A DNA stretch of 64,000 bases from Phoronis australis (taxonomy: Eukaryota > Animalia > Phoronida). Under the pieces are notes generated by a model. That model had not been told where the DNA came from. It did no database searches and saw nothing but the letters and a program-made list of their open reading frames with translations. Position numbers and translations under genes: made by a program. Every line of letters starts with the position of its first letter. The stretch's first letter is position 1. Location of the stretch: the NCBI GenBank assembly GCA_002633005.1, contig NMRA01000011.1:1500555-1564554 (forward strand), in the 5' to 3' direction. Positions 11,360 through 24,263 of this stretch are shown one piece after another.

Positions 11360-12610
11360 CTGGGCGAGCCATTGAATATGCCAGAACTCATGAAGTACTG
11401 CCTGATATCCGTGCCCCCTAGTATTGGAACATCAGGTATTTTTCCAAGACCAACAAAGCCTCCATTTAGCATTATCTTCTGAAAGACATTTCGCCTGAAG
11501 ACTTTCATTATCCTAAGGATGTTCTGTTCATCCAAGATGGTTCTGCACTTCTCCATACATGTACGTTAGCTAGTATCCCTCCAACATGTGGTAATTTTGC
11601 AGTTCCGAGAAAGTATTTTTGTGTAGACCATGCAGCTTCACAGAAGCCGTATGACTTCTTCAAAATCTTTCTTGTAAACGATGAGAACAAAAAATAACAC
11701 TGTCATATGTTACGGCAGGTCTGGAGTGGTAAGAAGGCAGTTTCCAGGTTGGCGAAAACCGAGATGGCCATCCTGATTGTAGACGGGCATCCATAATCTT
11801 TTAATGAATAGAAATTTCTGAGTATTTCTTGCTTAACTAATTTGCGATGTCACAATATAATAATAAAAGTGATTTGGTGTTCATACTCAGGAGATCCCAC
11901 ATATCTACAGTAACCAATAAAAGACTGACTTAAGAATTGTTTTGTGCCTCCAGTACACTGTCCTCACTTGGGTACAGAAACGACGTCGTCAGAATCCCTG
12001 ACACTGGTGTCGTTGTCATTCTGCTGCAGGCACGCTATAAAGTTGACTGTATATCTAGGTACAGGGTCTGGAAAACGTCGGAGACTACTGAATCTCTCCG
12101 ACGTGGTAAAATCCTTGGGAAAAGGACTGCTGTAAAGCTCTACTTGGATGTTGTGTATACACTGGAGAGGATTGCACCTGTCCGTTTTAACGTAAAGGAA
12201 AGGTTGGTCCCCTCAAAAAGCTGGAAAAGAATCCAAAATTTCACCGGGCATTAAGGCAGCGTTGCGTTGATTGGGATGTAAGTTGGAATAGTTCAACTGC
12301 CTCATGTGCGGTCAGAGTCGTGAGTCGTCGACAGATGCTACTCGTGCCAAGATGTTACGCAAAACCGTTGGTGAAGATGAAAGCCTCACAAGTCTAAGAT
12401 TGACCTTGCTCGACTTCTCCTGTGCCAGTCCGCACTGAAATCTCACATCCAACGAGTAAATCACCGTATCACCGTGTACCAGCGTGCTTGCAAACCCATA
12501 ATTGAACAGTAAAGACGAAGGGCAAGGGTGTATGCAGACTGACGAACGCGTGTTACAAGGTGAGATCGTGTGGTCCTATCTTACCAAACTTACTGATTGA
12601 TTTCTTGCAC
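11360..12610 (+). pseudogene. Academ-like transposase, C-terminal PIN/XPG-like region, disrupted
   Basis: ELMKYCLISVPPSIGT..KTNKA..LFIQDGSALLH..PPT; KP.DF..FLVNDENK; YSNQ*KTDLRIVL; VVRIPDT; VYLGTGSGKRRRLLN; TGEDCT..KGKVGPLKKLEKNPKF; RAKMLRKTVGEDE..IDLARL..C...HIQRVN. Many stops and frameshifts. Confidence 0.7.
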
Positions 12611-14229
12611 ACCAATGTTTGTGAAGCGGACACAGAAGAGGAAAGTGGAGAGTTCTATGGAAGTTTCACGGAAAGCTGAGTGACATGGAGTGTTAGAACA
12701 TTTAATAAGTGACATCAGCACCTAACTATTGTCCATATTTCTGAAAACATTTCTCCAAGTTTTTTGAGATATTTAAAACAATTGTTGAAATTTGTCCCAT
12801 TAATGAGCTGATTACATAAACACTGAAAAATGCACATTTTGGGTTTCGTCTGGCTTATGTACACTCTCAGTGTAGTATTAATTGTAAGCAACCGTATAAT
12901 ACAAATTAGATGCACTAGATTATATAGAAAAATACTCCATCGTAACGCTTGACCCTCAAAGTATTAGTTTGACACTTGATTTTTTCATTTACAAGAACAA
13001 GAAAGTGAGATATCATCAAATAACGAAAAATCGGTAGTGGCCGACTAATTTGCAAAACAACGCACCTGGGACAGTTTTTCGGCTTGTTAACATCTTTTTA
13101 TGGTTTTCACACATATTTTGCTTTGCAAAAATGCAACTTAAAAGTTGAAGTCCGAGGTACACGAGGGCCCATTTGTAGACTCATATATTACTTTACAGAT
13201 ATGTACTAAATTTGACATGATCCTCGCAACACTGAAATCCATGGACGGCTCAGTACTGAAATAGGTGGGTGTTGTGTACTTAGTCACACAATAACAAGAT
13301 GTTTGTAGGTTGTTATTGTTTATGCGTTTGGTAGTTTAATTGGTATTATGTCATGCGATTCCTAGTATAGGAAGTGCGTCATAGGTAACCCATCATATGT
13401 TGTTATGTAGTTGTGTGTATATACATGTATATTGTGATGATATGTAGAATAAATCAGTTCAGTGTTCAGTTCAATTCTGTTCGTTTCACTGCGTAGTTCA
13501 TGGAGTGTCTACTTTATTTGACAAAGTAAGATACACAACAGTGGGGGCTTTAGACCGATCAGGACCATGGTGCACCCCCATTTTCTAAATCTATTATCAA
13601 CACTCACAAACCACGACCCCTCGACCCACGACCTCCTCGATCCACGAACTAGATGTGGCAATATCGGTGTCCTCAGTTGCACGTTTTACAAATTTCATGA
13701 TCTTATTAATTAGCTGAGTGACTTTCCCATCTGATGATATTTTTGTTAAAAGTTGCTTATATCGCTGGAAATGGGAACAGTCCACTATTCCTGAAACGCA
13801 CACACGTGTACACGCATGCATGTCAATCCAAAATCGAATTGGACACTGGATGAAAAACTTACCTGTGTTTGACGAGCACTTTCGATTCCAAATTTGAAAA
13901 CGCCTGCCCTTTACCGTACTATGCTAGCAAGCAATATCAGATAACAAACCTCGGGGCTTATAAGTCACTTTAAATACCTGAAAAATACACTCATTGCTAG
14001 AGGACCAAACAGAGAATACAGTGATAAGAGTGATTATATTTAAAAAAATCAAGCATATTTTTGATAAAGCCTGCAGTTTTTCTGATAACTTCTTTTTACA
14101 CAATTGTAATAAATTTACTTTCACAGCTTTCTGCACGAAATCGTGGATATTTATTCTCAACTTGAGAGTAAATGGTGTTTCTGGCATTGAAGAAAAACGC
14201 ACACTCAACCAGAAAATGTACATGTACTT

Positions 14230-14627
14230 CAGTTTCGACCTAACATAGCGTGACTTAGAGCTCTTGTCCCATATTCTAACATTATCAGTTGGACTAACAC
14301 CAACAAAAGGTGAAATAAGAGTTACTGGATTGTCGCAATACCAGTGCAGAACGCAGATGTTTTCGTCGACCTCGACTTTTTATCAAAATGAACCTCTTCC
14401 TTATTTTTTCATTTCCTTTTTGAGACTGCACCCAAGGGTACAAAAGCTCGCATACTAGTATTGATTCTTCGTCACTGTCTGAGCTCTCATCATCGCGACC
14501 AAGTTGTGGAGAACGAAGTCATCTTCATCTTCATCATCACTAATCACGCTTTCCAAGTCACTCTCATCTCCATCTAATAAACGTGACACATCACCCAACT
14601 CGAGGGTTTTCTTTGTCGTTTTGATGC
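14230..14627 (-). pseudogene. piggyBac (PGBD-type, DDE_Tnp_1_7) transposase relic with internal deletion
   Basis: Acidic N-terminus LLDGDESDLESVISDDEDEDDFV joined to GCSLKKEMKK*GRGSF**KVEVDENICVLHWYCDNPVTLISPFVGVSPTDNVRIWDKSSK, which matches the piggyBac GRG.. W.DN..V...S...G..P...V.RWD motif. Confidence 0.7.
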
Positions 14628-15496
14628 TAAAAAATATCAGGAATTCGATTAGCTCATTCCTTTTTAGCCCTACATTACGTTTGTTTCAAAATAAAAATCT
14701 TGAAAATAACGAGTAATAAACAATTACATAAGTTCATAAAGACAACGGCTGAGATCCTATACAATCATGATAATCACTGTGATGTCAAAGAGAAAACGGA
14801 CGAACGACCCGATAGCACAAAAGAGTCCAAAGTTTATTTTATTTACACAAAAAATAAAATATAACAAGTCGAACTTACATAATGTTTAGAAGAATGAATA
14901 TGTTGCTCAAAAGGAAAAAACTACAAACTTTGTTAAAAAGCAGTTAGGGCATGAACCCTACCTAGGGTCAGACAGAAGACTAAGCACAGGTGTTGGCATG
15001 GTGATGACAGAGTCAGGTGTTGCAACTATGCAACATGGCTTTTCAAGACAAGCCCACTTACCTGTAGATAGCAAAACATTATTCAACATAAGCTTTACAC
15101 CAGCAATTAACATGATATTTAATGGTTTGAATCTACTACATTCAAATCATAAGTTTACCTTTGACTGAGTAGAGAATGTCTGCCTTTTAACCACAGGACA
15201 GCATGGGGGCAGACATCTTGGATTTCCAATTCAATTAGTTAGCTCATTTGCCAAGAGATGTCCCCCACAGTGAAGCATTACTGCAACAATGGACCTCGAA
15301 GGGTACACAATCAATAACAGGAGTGCAAAATGATTGGGGGGTTAATTATGCATTATCAAAAGTGGTGTTACAATATTACAACATGAGGCCTTCCACGGTG
15401 GAAAGAACCAGCCTTTATCAAACCACAGTCAGAGTTCTGTTGGTGTTCCCTTTTACTCAGACACGTTTAAAACACAAGTCGTTACCAAAACGCACA

Positions 15497-16160
15497 TATA
15501 TATATATATATTTATTTATTAGGATTGATGAATAAGTACAAAACAAAAACAAAAACAAATACAAAAAATCCCTTCATACACGCATGCACACCGCAGGATA
15601 AGTAACCAAGGGCTTAAACAAGGAATTAACGAGAACAAAAAATAACATTTCCCGGAGAAGCTGTCCTACACAAAAATTTTATACGCAATAATTGTTTCAG
15701 CATTGTAGTACTCATAAATATATGTAACAAACTTGTGAATATTAGATATTTTTCGAAAATTCAGTTTGTCAGGAACAACAACACAAGTACGAAAAAACGT
15801 AAGACACCAAAGATCCTTAAACTTTTCACAAAATCAACTTCACAATAAATTTTCCTTACAAGTTTTTGTGTTATCCCAAAATATTGCTACCTGTATTCAA
15901 TTTTCGACCTGTTGCGTATCTCCATGAACAAAGAATAACACTGTGATCCATATTACAACAGGTCTCACACTAATTGCTTAAAAAGTGTTTCTGTCGATTG
16001 TAATTGACTTCACTTCTGTATATAGAGGCCAATGGAAAGAGACTGTTGACAGAGGAGTTGGCAAAAATTTTACGAAGCTGAATTTTTGTGTTGAATGGAC
16101 AGCTTTTTGTGACCCTGTGTTCCTTGTGTTGGTTTTTGATTGTGATACGGCGTGGGTGGT
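15497..16160 (-). mobile_element. Possible 3' end of a Tx1/L1-like non-LTR retrotransposon
   Basis: Minus-strand remnant EKFKDLWC...CVVVPDKLNF resembles the Tx1 ORF2 C-terminus; it is followed by a T-rich UTR and an AATAAA/(TA)n tail. Confidence 0.35.
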
Positions 16161-19100
16161 GAAAGTAGACTAAAACTAATTCCGAATTTATACTACTTGA
16201 ATTAATTCTTAATCAGTCATAAAATTTGTCACCACGGACTCTTCTCTCACTTTTTCCAATTGAAACGTGTTGTTTAGTACAAACATCAAAACAGTCCAGA
16301 TGTATGTAGTTTATACAGCAGTAGCCGTCTATCACACCACTCGGTGCCTGGAGTGTTTTAAAAAAATATTGTCACTACTATTTGACCTAATTGGCTCTTT
16401 TGACTTGTTTAATGTGACCAACGATGTTTGAAGACAACATTTTTTATCAGTACTGACGCAGTTGATACTAACATTTTGTCATTTTCATGACAATTTAAGC
16501 GCCGTAATGTTTTACATTTGAAAAGTACACCGTCCAGTGGATTGGACGAAAAACGTTAATAAACATTGCCAGGCGAAACTAGTCACGAAACCTTTTTTAA
16601 AGCTCCTACAACTCAGACCTCACTGATTATGATCAAATATATTCAGGTAGAAAGAAAGCCTACCAGTATCCTAAGAAAGTACAAATGATCTTTTGATGAC
16701 TGTTTCACACAAGCATCTCTGACAAAACTGGCCTTAAATTAAGGGTCGGCCCGCTAATGTTGCTGCCTTGTAGTGTTTAATTGGCAGAGGGCTCGCACAT
16801 TTGTTCCTCGCATCCTGACAACAAACATGGTGTTAAATAATGTGCCCGTGTTCAGTGAAAGCCTGGAAAGTAGTAACACATTTAAGAAGGCGCGATGATC
16901 ACCGGCTTTGTCATCTCCTCCTGCTCTGATGATCCGACGGTGGTCTGGATTTCTCAAATGGACACACAGGGTACAGTGTAACCTATATCAGTTTCAACGT
17001 TTTTTTCTAGGACGTACTGTTAACAACGCATGCAACACGTTCAAATTAATTTCAAAACAATATTTGAGGATCGAATTTTTTCTAAAGCAAAAATATAATA
17101 TGCTGTACTCGAGCAGTTGGAGTATAGGGTCGAAAATCTTTCTCCGCCTCATCTTCGTGCCATACCCTCTTTCTCCTCACTTCTTATATTTACGATGTGA
17201 GCTAAACACCATTTTGAAATCGTAAGGCTTTAATTTGATACATTTCAAATATGTCGGACATACAAGCATTTGAAAAGCATATAAAGCAGTTCAATGACCG
17301 TTGAAACGGGTTTACATGTAACATCAATTTGTTAGAAACATGTCAGATTTAGGTTGGGAATGTGAATATGATGTTTTTGCTAAATCTTTAGCTGTATCTG
17401 TTTAAACTCCCATCTTCTAAAAAGAGCATAATTATGAGAAAATGTTTTAAAGAGTTTAAAATCAGCAATTTTATGTTAACATACCAAAAAGACAACCATA
17501 AATTAGTACATCCTCAAACACTATGTGACGATATGTTAATTCGGGATGATCTACACTTACGAGCATTTATCGGTGGATACAAAGAACATGTACATAGGAT
17601 CGGATCTATCAATCACAGCATTAACCATCTTTCATTATGCATAGTGCGAAAAGCCATCACCTACGGTACGATATGCAGTGGCAGATGTTGCGTTTGTGGT
17701 GGTTTGGCAACTCAGTATTTGAGCACGCTGTGCTTCTTCATTAAGATTTTTTTCCAGCGAGGCGAGACACAGATACGACGCAAGAACCTAGCCTGTTGGT
17801 GGACATGACACGCCCAAGCTGGGTGAATTCGAACGTCAAGCTCATGTCCGTGGAGCTCAGAAACTTTCGTTTTCTTACATTGTATTTGTTCTTGTTTTTG
17901 GGATATTGAATTCGCAATTGTGATGTGCAGTGTTATAAAGGAAAGATTAATGATGTTGACAATGTAGTCACTTGTCACAACAAGGTAAATGGTGATTTTA
18001 AGCAATTTATGTACCCACACAATGCCACCGCATGATACCATGCGAAACGTCACTGCGTAATACCTTGCCCTTAATAATGCCAACAACCTTTATCAATTTG
18101 CTGCAGTAGACGAAAAAACTTTTATTAGAGAAAGGATGTAAATGTTTTAACAGTGATTCGTGGTCGCAATTGAAATTGCATGTAAACGTGGGTTCAATCA
18201 AGGTTTATACTCAAGTCATTTTAACAAGATTTAACTTAAAAATATTGCCACCTGAACGTACTAATGTTTGAAATGTCGCTAGCTCTTTTTATCCTCTTTG
18301 CGAAACTTCATCGGTAAAACCGGATTAATGTTTGGACGAGCGTCGAAAAATTACATGTCTGGCCAATAGGTGTCAGGTATGGTAACCGGTTTCCGACAAA
18401 TCGTTCTTCCAGTTATGAAAATTGGAATCACAAATAGTGGATTTCAGCCTGAAGATTCTTTCAATGCCTCTTAATCCTTGGCAAGATTGACAAATTGTAG
18501 TTAACCCCTTGCTCAGCAAAATGGCGACGGTGGGGCATTATAACAGAGCAAGATGTACTTCTATGACCGAAGAAAACGTTAAGGAATAGCTACTCCGCTG
18601 TGTATACTGCCAGGTTTTCAGTGGAGCCAGTCTCGCAGCATGTATTGCCAGGTTTTCGAAATATTCACTTTCACTTTCCATACTGTCTAACTTTTCAGTA
18701 CTGTTGTGACATCACTGGCAAGGGGCACAATGGGTTCACGGCCATACATGCTCATTGCCGGAAACCTCTCCCTTCGGCCGAAACTCATATTGATTTTATT
18801 GTTTAACCACAGGTTGTGAGAAATTTCACCTCCTCCGGTAGCCAACAATTTCGCGTCCCCCCTCCTTACATATTGTTGAATACAGCTGCTCTGCGCCAGT
18901 GCCTGGCATGTGACGACAACTGAAGATTGGCAATGAATCGATGGTTTGGAGAGTTGAGAACAGAAAAGAACGATGCCATCTAAGGCTTAGAAATAAAAGT
19001 CATCTGACTGAGTGTGAGCTTGATGAGTTGTTAACCAACGATACGCCGTTATAATGCTTTTGTCGTAAGGATGTTCACTGATGAGCATTGGTCGAAAATC

Positions 19101-19439
19101 TGCGACAGATGTGTTGTCTAAAGTTCACCAATACCGTGCCAGAATGGTTGGAGACTATCAAATTGACCAATCGCAAGCTCAGTCCCCTTGCGATATGTCA
19201 CGTGACACCCAACAAATAAACAAGATGTCAGAGTCAAATATACTGTTGCTATCAACGTTCCTGGTGGAATCGATGACTGTTTTTTGCACTTTCCGAAAAC
19301 TCTTTGACAAAGACAACCGGCGATGCTTTTCAGCTGAGAATCATACGTTCATGATTTGGAAATTTGTAACGGCGACGATGAAAAATAAGTGTTCGAGGAA
19401 AAGTATTTCGGAGCCAACGAAAATCCGAAGAACCCCAAA

Positions 19440-19602
19440 TCCAGTGATGTATTGGTTAAATCAGAGGTACGTACACTGTAGGCACCCAACGCCCACCGTA
19501 TCATCTTAAGCACTGAACGTAACTTACGGTGCGTAGGCGCTACGTTCAAATGCCAAAAGGTAGTTGGCTGCGCCTGCGTGCGCCTACGCCCCACTACAGC
19601 AA
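19440..19602 (+). repeat. Interspersed repeat (inverted copy at 34018-34158)
   Basis: cttacggtgcgtaggcgctacgtt.aaa.gccaaaaggt.gttgg...tgcgcctacgccccac.acagca is the reverse complement of 34018-34158. Confidence 0.8.
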
Positions 19603-20704
19603 TGCCCACACCGGTTTCACCTTCACCTGAAAAGTAACAAGACCACTGATGCGATATGTTCATGTAAAGCCGGGTTTGTACTTTAACTTCCAATTATCTT
19701 TACAATGCCATACATTTCAGGATATTTCGAACAAAATCGGTGAAGATTCGCCGATATTTTTATTCTGCCGTCTGCTAAATTCCGTCAAATGAAAGGTAGG
19801 TAAAAATTAATGGGATTTCCCGAGTCGATGCCGTACGGTATACTTTTCTTATCTTCGAGCGAAGTATTTTGATTAAAAAAAAAACAGATTCATAGCTCAC
19901 TTATCTTGTCCTAGGCAAGCAGTTAGCTCCATTAGGTCCAGGGCTGCGTCCAAGTCAAATTAATGCATGGAATTGGCTGTAATTTAGTGCACCATAAAGA
20001 CAGTTAAGGTAGGTCAACCTTCTGATGAACTTCACATTTTTATAGTCTCACTGCATAAAGGTAGCTTTCATTTAATTTTAAACTTGACATGATTACTAAG
20101 CTGTGGTATGGTTACAAAACGATGTCCATTANGCTGCGCCTGCGTGCGCCTACGCCCCACTACAGCAATGCCCACACCGGTTTCACCTTCACCTGAAAAG
20201 TAACAAGACCACTGATGCGATATGTTAATGTAAAGCCGGGTTTGTACTTTAACTTCCAATTATCTTTACAATGCCATACATTTCAGGATATTTCGAACAA
20301 AATCGGTGAAGATTCGCCGATATTTTTATTCTGCCGTCTGCTAAATTCCGTCAAATGAAAGGTAGGTAAAAATTAATGGGATTTCCCGAGTCGATGCCGT
20401 ACGGTATACTTTTCTTATCTTCGAGCGAAGTATTTTGATTAAAAAAAAACAGATTCATAGCTCAGACACATACTTATCTTGTCCTAGGCAAGCAGTTAGC
20501 TCCAGTAGGTCCAGGGCTGCGTGCAAGTCAAATTAATGCATGGAATTGGCTGTAATTTAGTGCACCATAAAGACAGTTAAGTTAGGTCAACCTTCTGATG
20601 AACTTCACATTTTTATAGTCTCACTGCATAAAGGTAGCTTTCATTTAATTTTAAACTTGACATGATTACTAAGCTGTGGTATGGTTACAAAATGATGTCC
20701 ATTA
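19567..20704. other. ~565-bp near-identical tandem duplication around a single N (20132), probably two haplotypes assembled side by side
   Basis: 19567-20131 and 20133-20704 differ by about 5 substitutions and one 8-bp indel. Confidence 0.8.
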
Positions 20705-20853
20705 AAGAAATGAAAAATAATAAAAATGTCCTTAAAAACAATTTCCGGGTACTAGGCTACTGCTGGATATCCAGCAGATGCCGAGACAAACGGGGCCAGA
20801 CGAGTGAACGTCCGGAGTCAAAATCAGATAGCCACCAACTGAAAAGTACGTAT

Positions 20854-21069
20854 CTTGCAACAGATATATTTGTGTTTAACCTTCGAGTAATCCAGCAACA
20901 TTCCCAAGTTTAGCTGCTCGTGTGGCCGTCCACACAGTTTGATCCATCGTTTACACAGTCGACATCACTTTTCGGCTTTAGGGAATACCTAAAAAGTGAC
21001 AGGATATTCTTCTCGATCTGTATCACGGCTGTCAGAATTACATACGCCACATCAACACCGTTTCACCAT
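20854..21069 (-). pseudogene. THAP zinc-finger domain relic of a DNA transposon (ISL2EU/Harbinger-, P- or Kolobok-type)
   Basis: MVKRC*CGVCNSDSRDTDREEYPVTF*VFPK..CKRWIKLCGRPHEQLN...KHKYICCK shows the THAP C-x4-C, FP, W and ICxK pattern with three in-frame stops. Confidence 0.7.
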
Positions 21070-22087
21070 TCCTATCGCACAATTTCTTGAGCCACATACT
21101 AAAATAAGCTTTACCAACAACATAACGTGAAATGAACCTCAGGTGTTACAAGGACTATAAACTTGATACGCTTTTATCATAGATTTCAATAGTTCATTAC
21201 CCACTCGGCTGTGGCGGCAATAAACATGATAATCATGCCTGGTCTGGCAATGGAACTACTTTTAAGTGAATCGTAAGATGCCTTGAACGTCAACACAACT
21301 TTCATACATGAAACTTTTTTCGGCAGCCAAATTAACGATTCAATACCATCGCGCGACATTAAGTTTATACAGTATCAGTTTTTTGACCAGTCTGTTTAGT
21401 TAACCCAATTTCTACAGAATTAGAAGGTTCAGGAAAAGCACAATCGAGTGGCATTATAACCTACCTGTCGCTTATAACGTTCGGTCGCTCCAATATACTC
21501 TTTCTACAAAACGTTTTTAACAAGCACGGATACGGAACTTGTAGTGCATGCGTGTTCGTGGATGATATAACCACTGAGCACCAAATAACTATGTTGCGGT
21601 CGAACCGCCGTTCAGCATTGATCGTAATGTGGTGGTCTTAAAACGTTCACGATAATTCTCTTGGAAAATAGATGGAATTTTAAACAAAAAGTTTCAGTAA
21701 AATTTCAACAATTTTAGGGTTATTTTTCGTCCAACGTTCTTCCGGATTTTCTCCATGACTTCCGAAAAAAATCGTTAACTGTTCAAATGAGCGTCCGATT
21801 TTCATCGGAATTTTCGCTTTACGACAAAACTTATGAGCTTGAACACGGTCGCCCGTCGCTCTCATTTTGAAACGGCAAAAAAACAGTGAGAACTTACAGC
21901 TCACATATGTGCTCACGACACCCTCGATAACGGATTACTTAGAATACTCTGCCACTGCGCAAATTAGACCGTTGCGGATTCATACATTCATGAAATTTAT
22001 TACTTTCACAAGGTTTTTAGCTCAGGTTTACTGTTTTTTCACGCTAATTTCTGTGCATTTATTTCGAAATTATCAGTGTAAATATAG

Positions 22088-22172
22088 AGCCCCTCGGGCG
22101 ATAATTCTCCAAAATCCACTCGGGTTCTAGATAACGGGGGATAACGACTTCGCCATTTAATAATCTATATTT
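22088..22172 (+). repeat. One arm of the foldback element at 60935-61106
   Basis: cccctcgggcgataattctccaaaatccactcgggttctagataacgggggataacgacttcgccat.taataatctat. Confidence 0.8.
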
Positions 22173-23699
22173 ATTAACCGACACGTCACTCAAAACAAAG
22201 GAAACCGCTTTACCGCGTAGTAATACTGAAAATTACTCCAAACTCGGCTGATCTGAGCGAAGCGATCTCAGCTAAAACTTCACCGATATTTACAGAGGGA
22301 GCACGTACGCAGATAAAAATTTTATGAAGATTTCGAATCTTCTATTAGTTTGAATCCATCCGAAGAGCGAAAAAGTGAAAACAAAGGTGTTGTTTCCTTA
22401 GGCAGCTCTTATCTTAACGCCACCAGCTAATGTGTATTAGCGTGAAATCGCATGTCACCGGCCACATAAAGGCGTGTGTTTACTCAAGAATTTCTACCCA
22501 CCCGAAAATGAGGGGAGGATTTCCGGGCCGGTCTATCACATACATGTACAAAACACGTTGTGAACGTGTTGTTTGTCGGGAAAAATGGCGACTTGGAAAC
22601 ACAGACGAAGGTGTGTCAAGAATGCTGCGTTCTGATTGGTCAGTTAAGCCGTCAGTCATAATTCTCGCGATAGGTCAGTTGGAGAATCTTGTCATTGACC
22701 GACAAGAATTTTGTATCACTGCAATCTTACAAATCAAAAGTTATACCAGCGTCAACATGGGCACTGTGCCTCAGACTGTTTCATTAAGGGTAAAACAAAG
22801 GTTTGCTCTAAGTCAGTAATAGTGATACAAATTAAGGGACTCTGAGTTTACTTCTAATCCGCAATCCGTTATGAGACTGGATTTTAAAAAAAAACACAAT
22901 ATCCGGGTAAATTTTGGTTAACAGCTTCGTACTTTCATTTCGGAGTGACGTATTTTGATATTTCCGTTGAAGAATACTAGAGCTTCAATGGTGTCGATAT
23001 AATAAACGTGGTGTTGATGTAGTGCGTTCGGAACGGGGGATGGCGTAACCTAGCTCATCCAATTGAATCTTGACGAACATTTTTGTTCTCAGCAACAGGC
23101 ATAGCAGGTGTACGACTTTCGTCCTTCGAAAACGGGAATTGTGTTGTTAAAACAGTCTGTGATTGACTGTAATCTTCGTGGGGGGTACTTATTGTGTCCT
23201 CTCTCATCAGAGTCCGAGCTTTCAGGCGATTGGCAAGATATTTAAGTTTCCCGTAGCTTGCCCTATGCGGGTACCTGATTAATTGCCTTGTACCTGACAT
23301 GTCATGATTCAATTTCTATACTCGAAGATAATTGATTTGACTCGACAATTAGAATAAAGTGAAACTGTAATCTTGTATGATACAACCGCCTAACGGTCCA
23401 CCAGTTATGTGCTTGAAGTGCTTAATAGCATTTGGATCAGCTAAGGTTATCCAAGACGATAAAATCACCGTTCCTCACGATTTTTGCCAATTTTCCGATT
23501 ATCCAGACCCGAGGCGGTCACCGAAAAATCGATTATAAAGCCCAGACCTTGGGCCCAGGCTTGCTTTCCATAAAGTCAGTTCCTTGCAAGTTTGATGACG
23601 CCTCGCTATATATCTCCATGCATTACCAGCGAAGCACGTGATTTCACCAGCGTTCACAGGTACGCGACTATCCCACGTTGCGTTACGGGACGTAGTCGC

Positions 23700-24263
23700 C
23701 TCGCTGGTTCCCTGCGTGCCGCTAGGTGGTAGCCAGCACGCAGGTAGCAGGCAGTAGCACGTGCTTTATCATTAGTTAATGTAACCTCGGCAGTCATTGG
23801 TTAGCTTTAGAACAAAATGAGAAAATGATTTTCCGCGTAGTCATGCAAGTGGCGTAGCAGCAACTGTTTCGTTTCTGCGGTAATGTTTAATAACCGCGTG
23901 CTTGAATCACATACATGTACAATAAACACGCCATCATCTGGCCGATTTAACTAGTGTGTTATTCATAGTGTATGAATACAGGACAGCAACGTAAGCAAAA
24001 TTCAGCGACAGTAGAAAGATGAACTCCGAAAAGGCGCAACCAAAATTTTCTGGGATTCACATTTCTTGAGAATGAATTTTAAGCACCGACTTCTCTGTAC
24101 ATCCGACCACATTTACACTTTCTCCATCAGTCATGACAGTTTGTTGGCCTACTGAGAATTCGACCAGCCAATCAGAAACGCCGGTGTAAAAAAATTTCCC
24201 GAGGAAAATGAAGTGATACCTGCGTGCTGGCTACCACCTAGCGGCACGCAGGCAACCAGCGAG
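23700..24263. mobile_element. MITE with ~47-bp near-perfect TIRs
   Basis: ctcgctggttccctgcgtgccgctaggtggtagccagcacgcaggta / tacctgcgtgctggctaccacctagcggcacgcaggcaaccagcgag (1 mismatch). A related solo end lies at ~55885-55928. Confidence 0.85.

Larger units (their letters stand above)
9422..13183 (+). mobile_element. Internally deleted, degenerate Academ-like DNA transposon with long (~140-bp) diverged TIRs
   Basis: 9422-9560 is the reverse complement of ~13035-13183 (tagtc..aaatgg.ccc...gacttcaactt.taagttg.atttt...atatgtgtgaaaac...gcaaattagt). Transposase remnants lie inside. Confidence 0.7.

Noticed and set aside
23175-23215. Minus-strand CTGATGA...CGAAG hammerhead-like core
   Set aside because: It lacks GAAA and a credible stem II/III.
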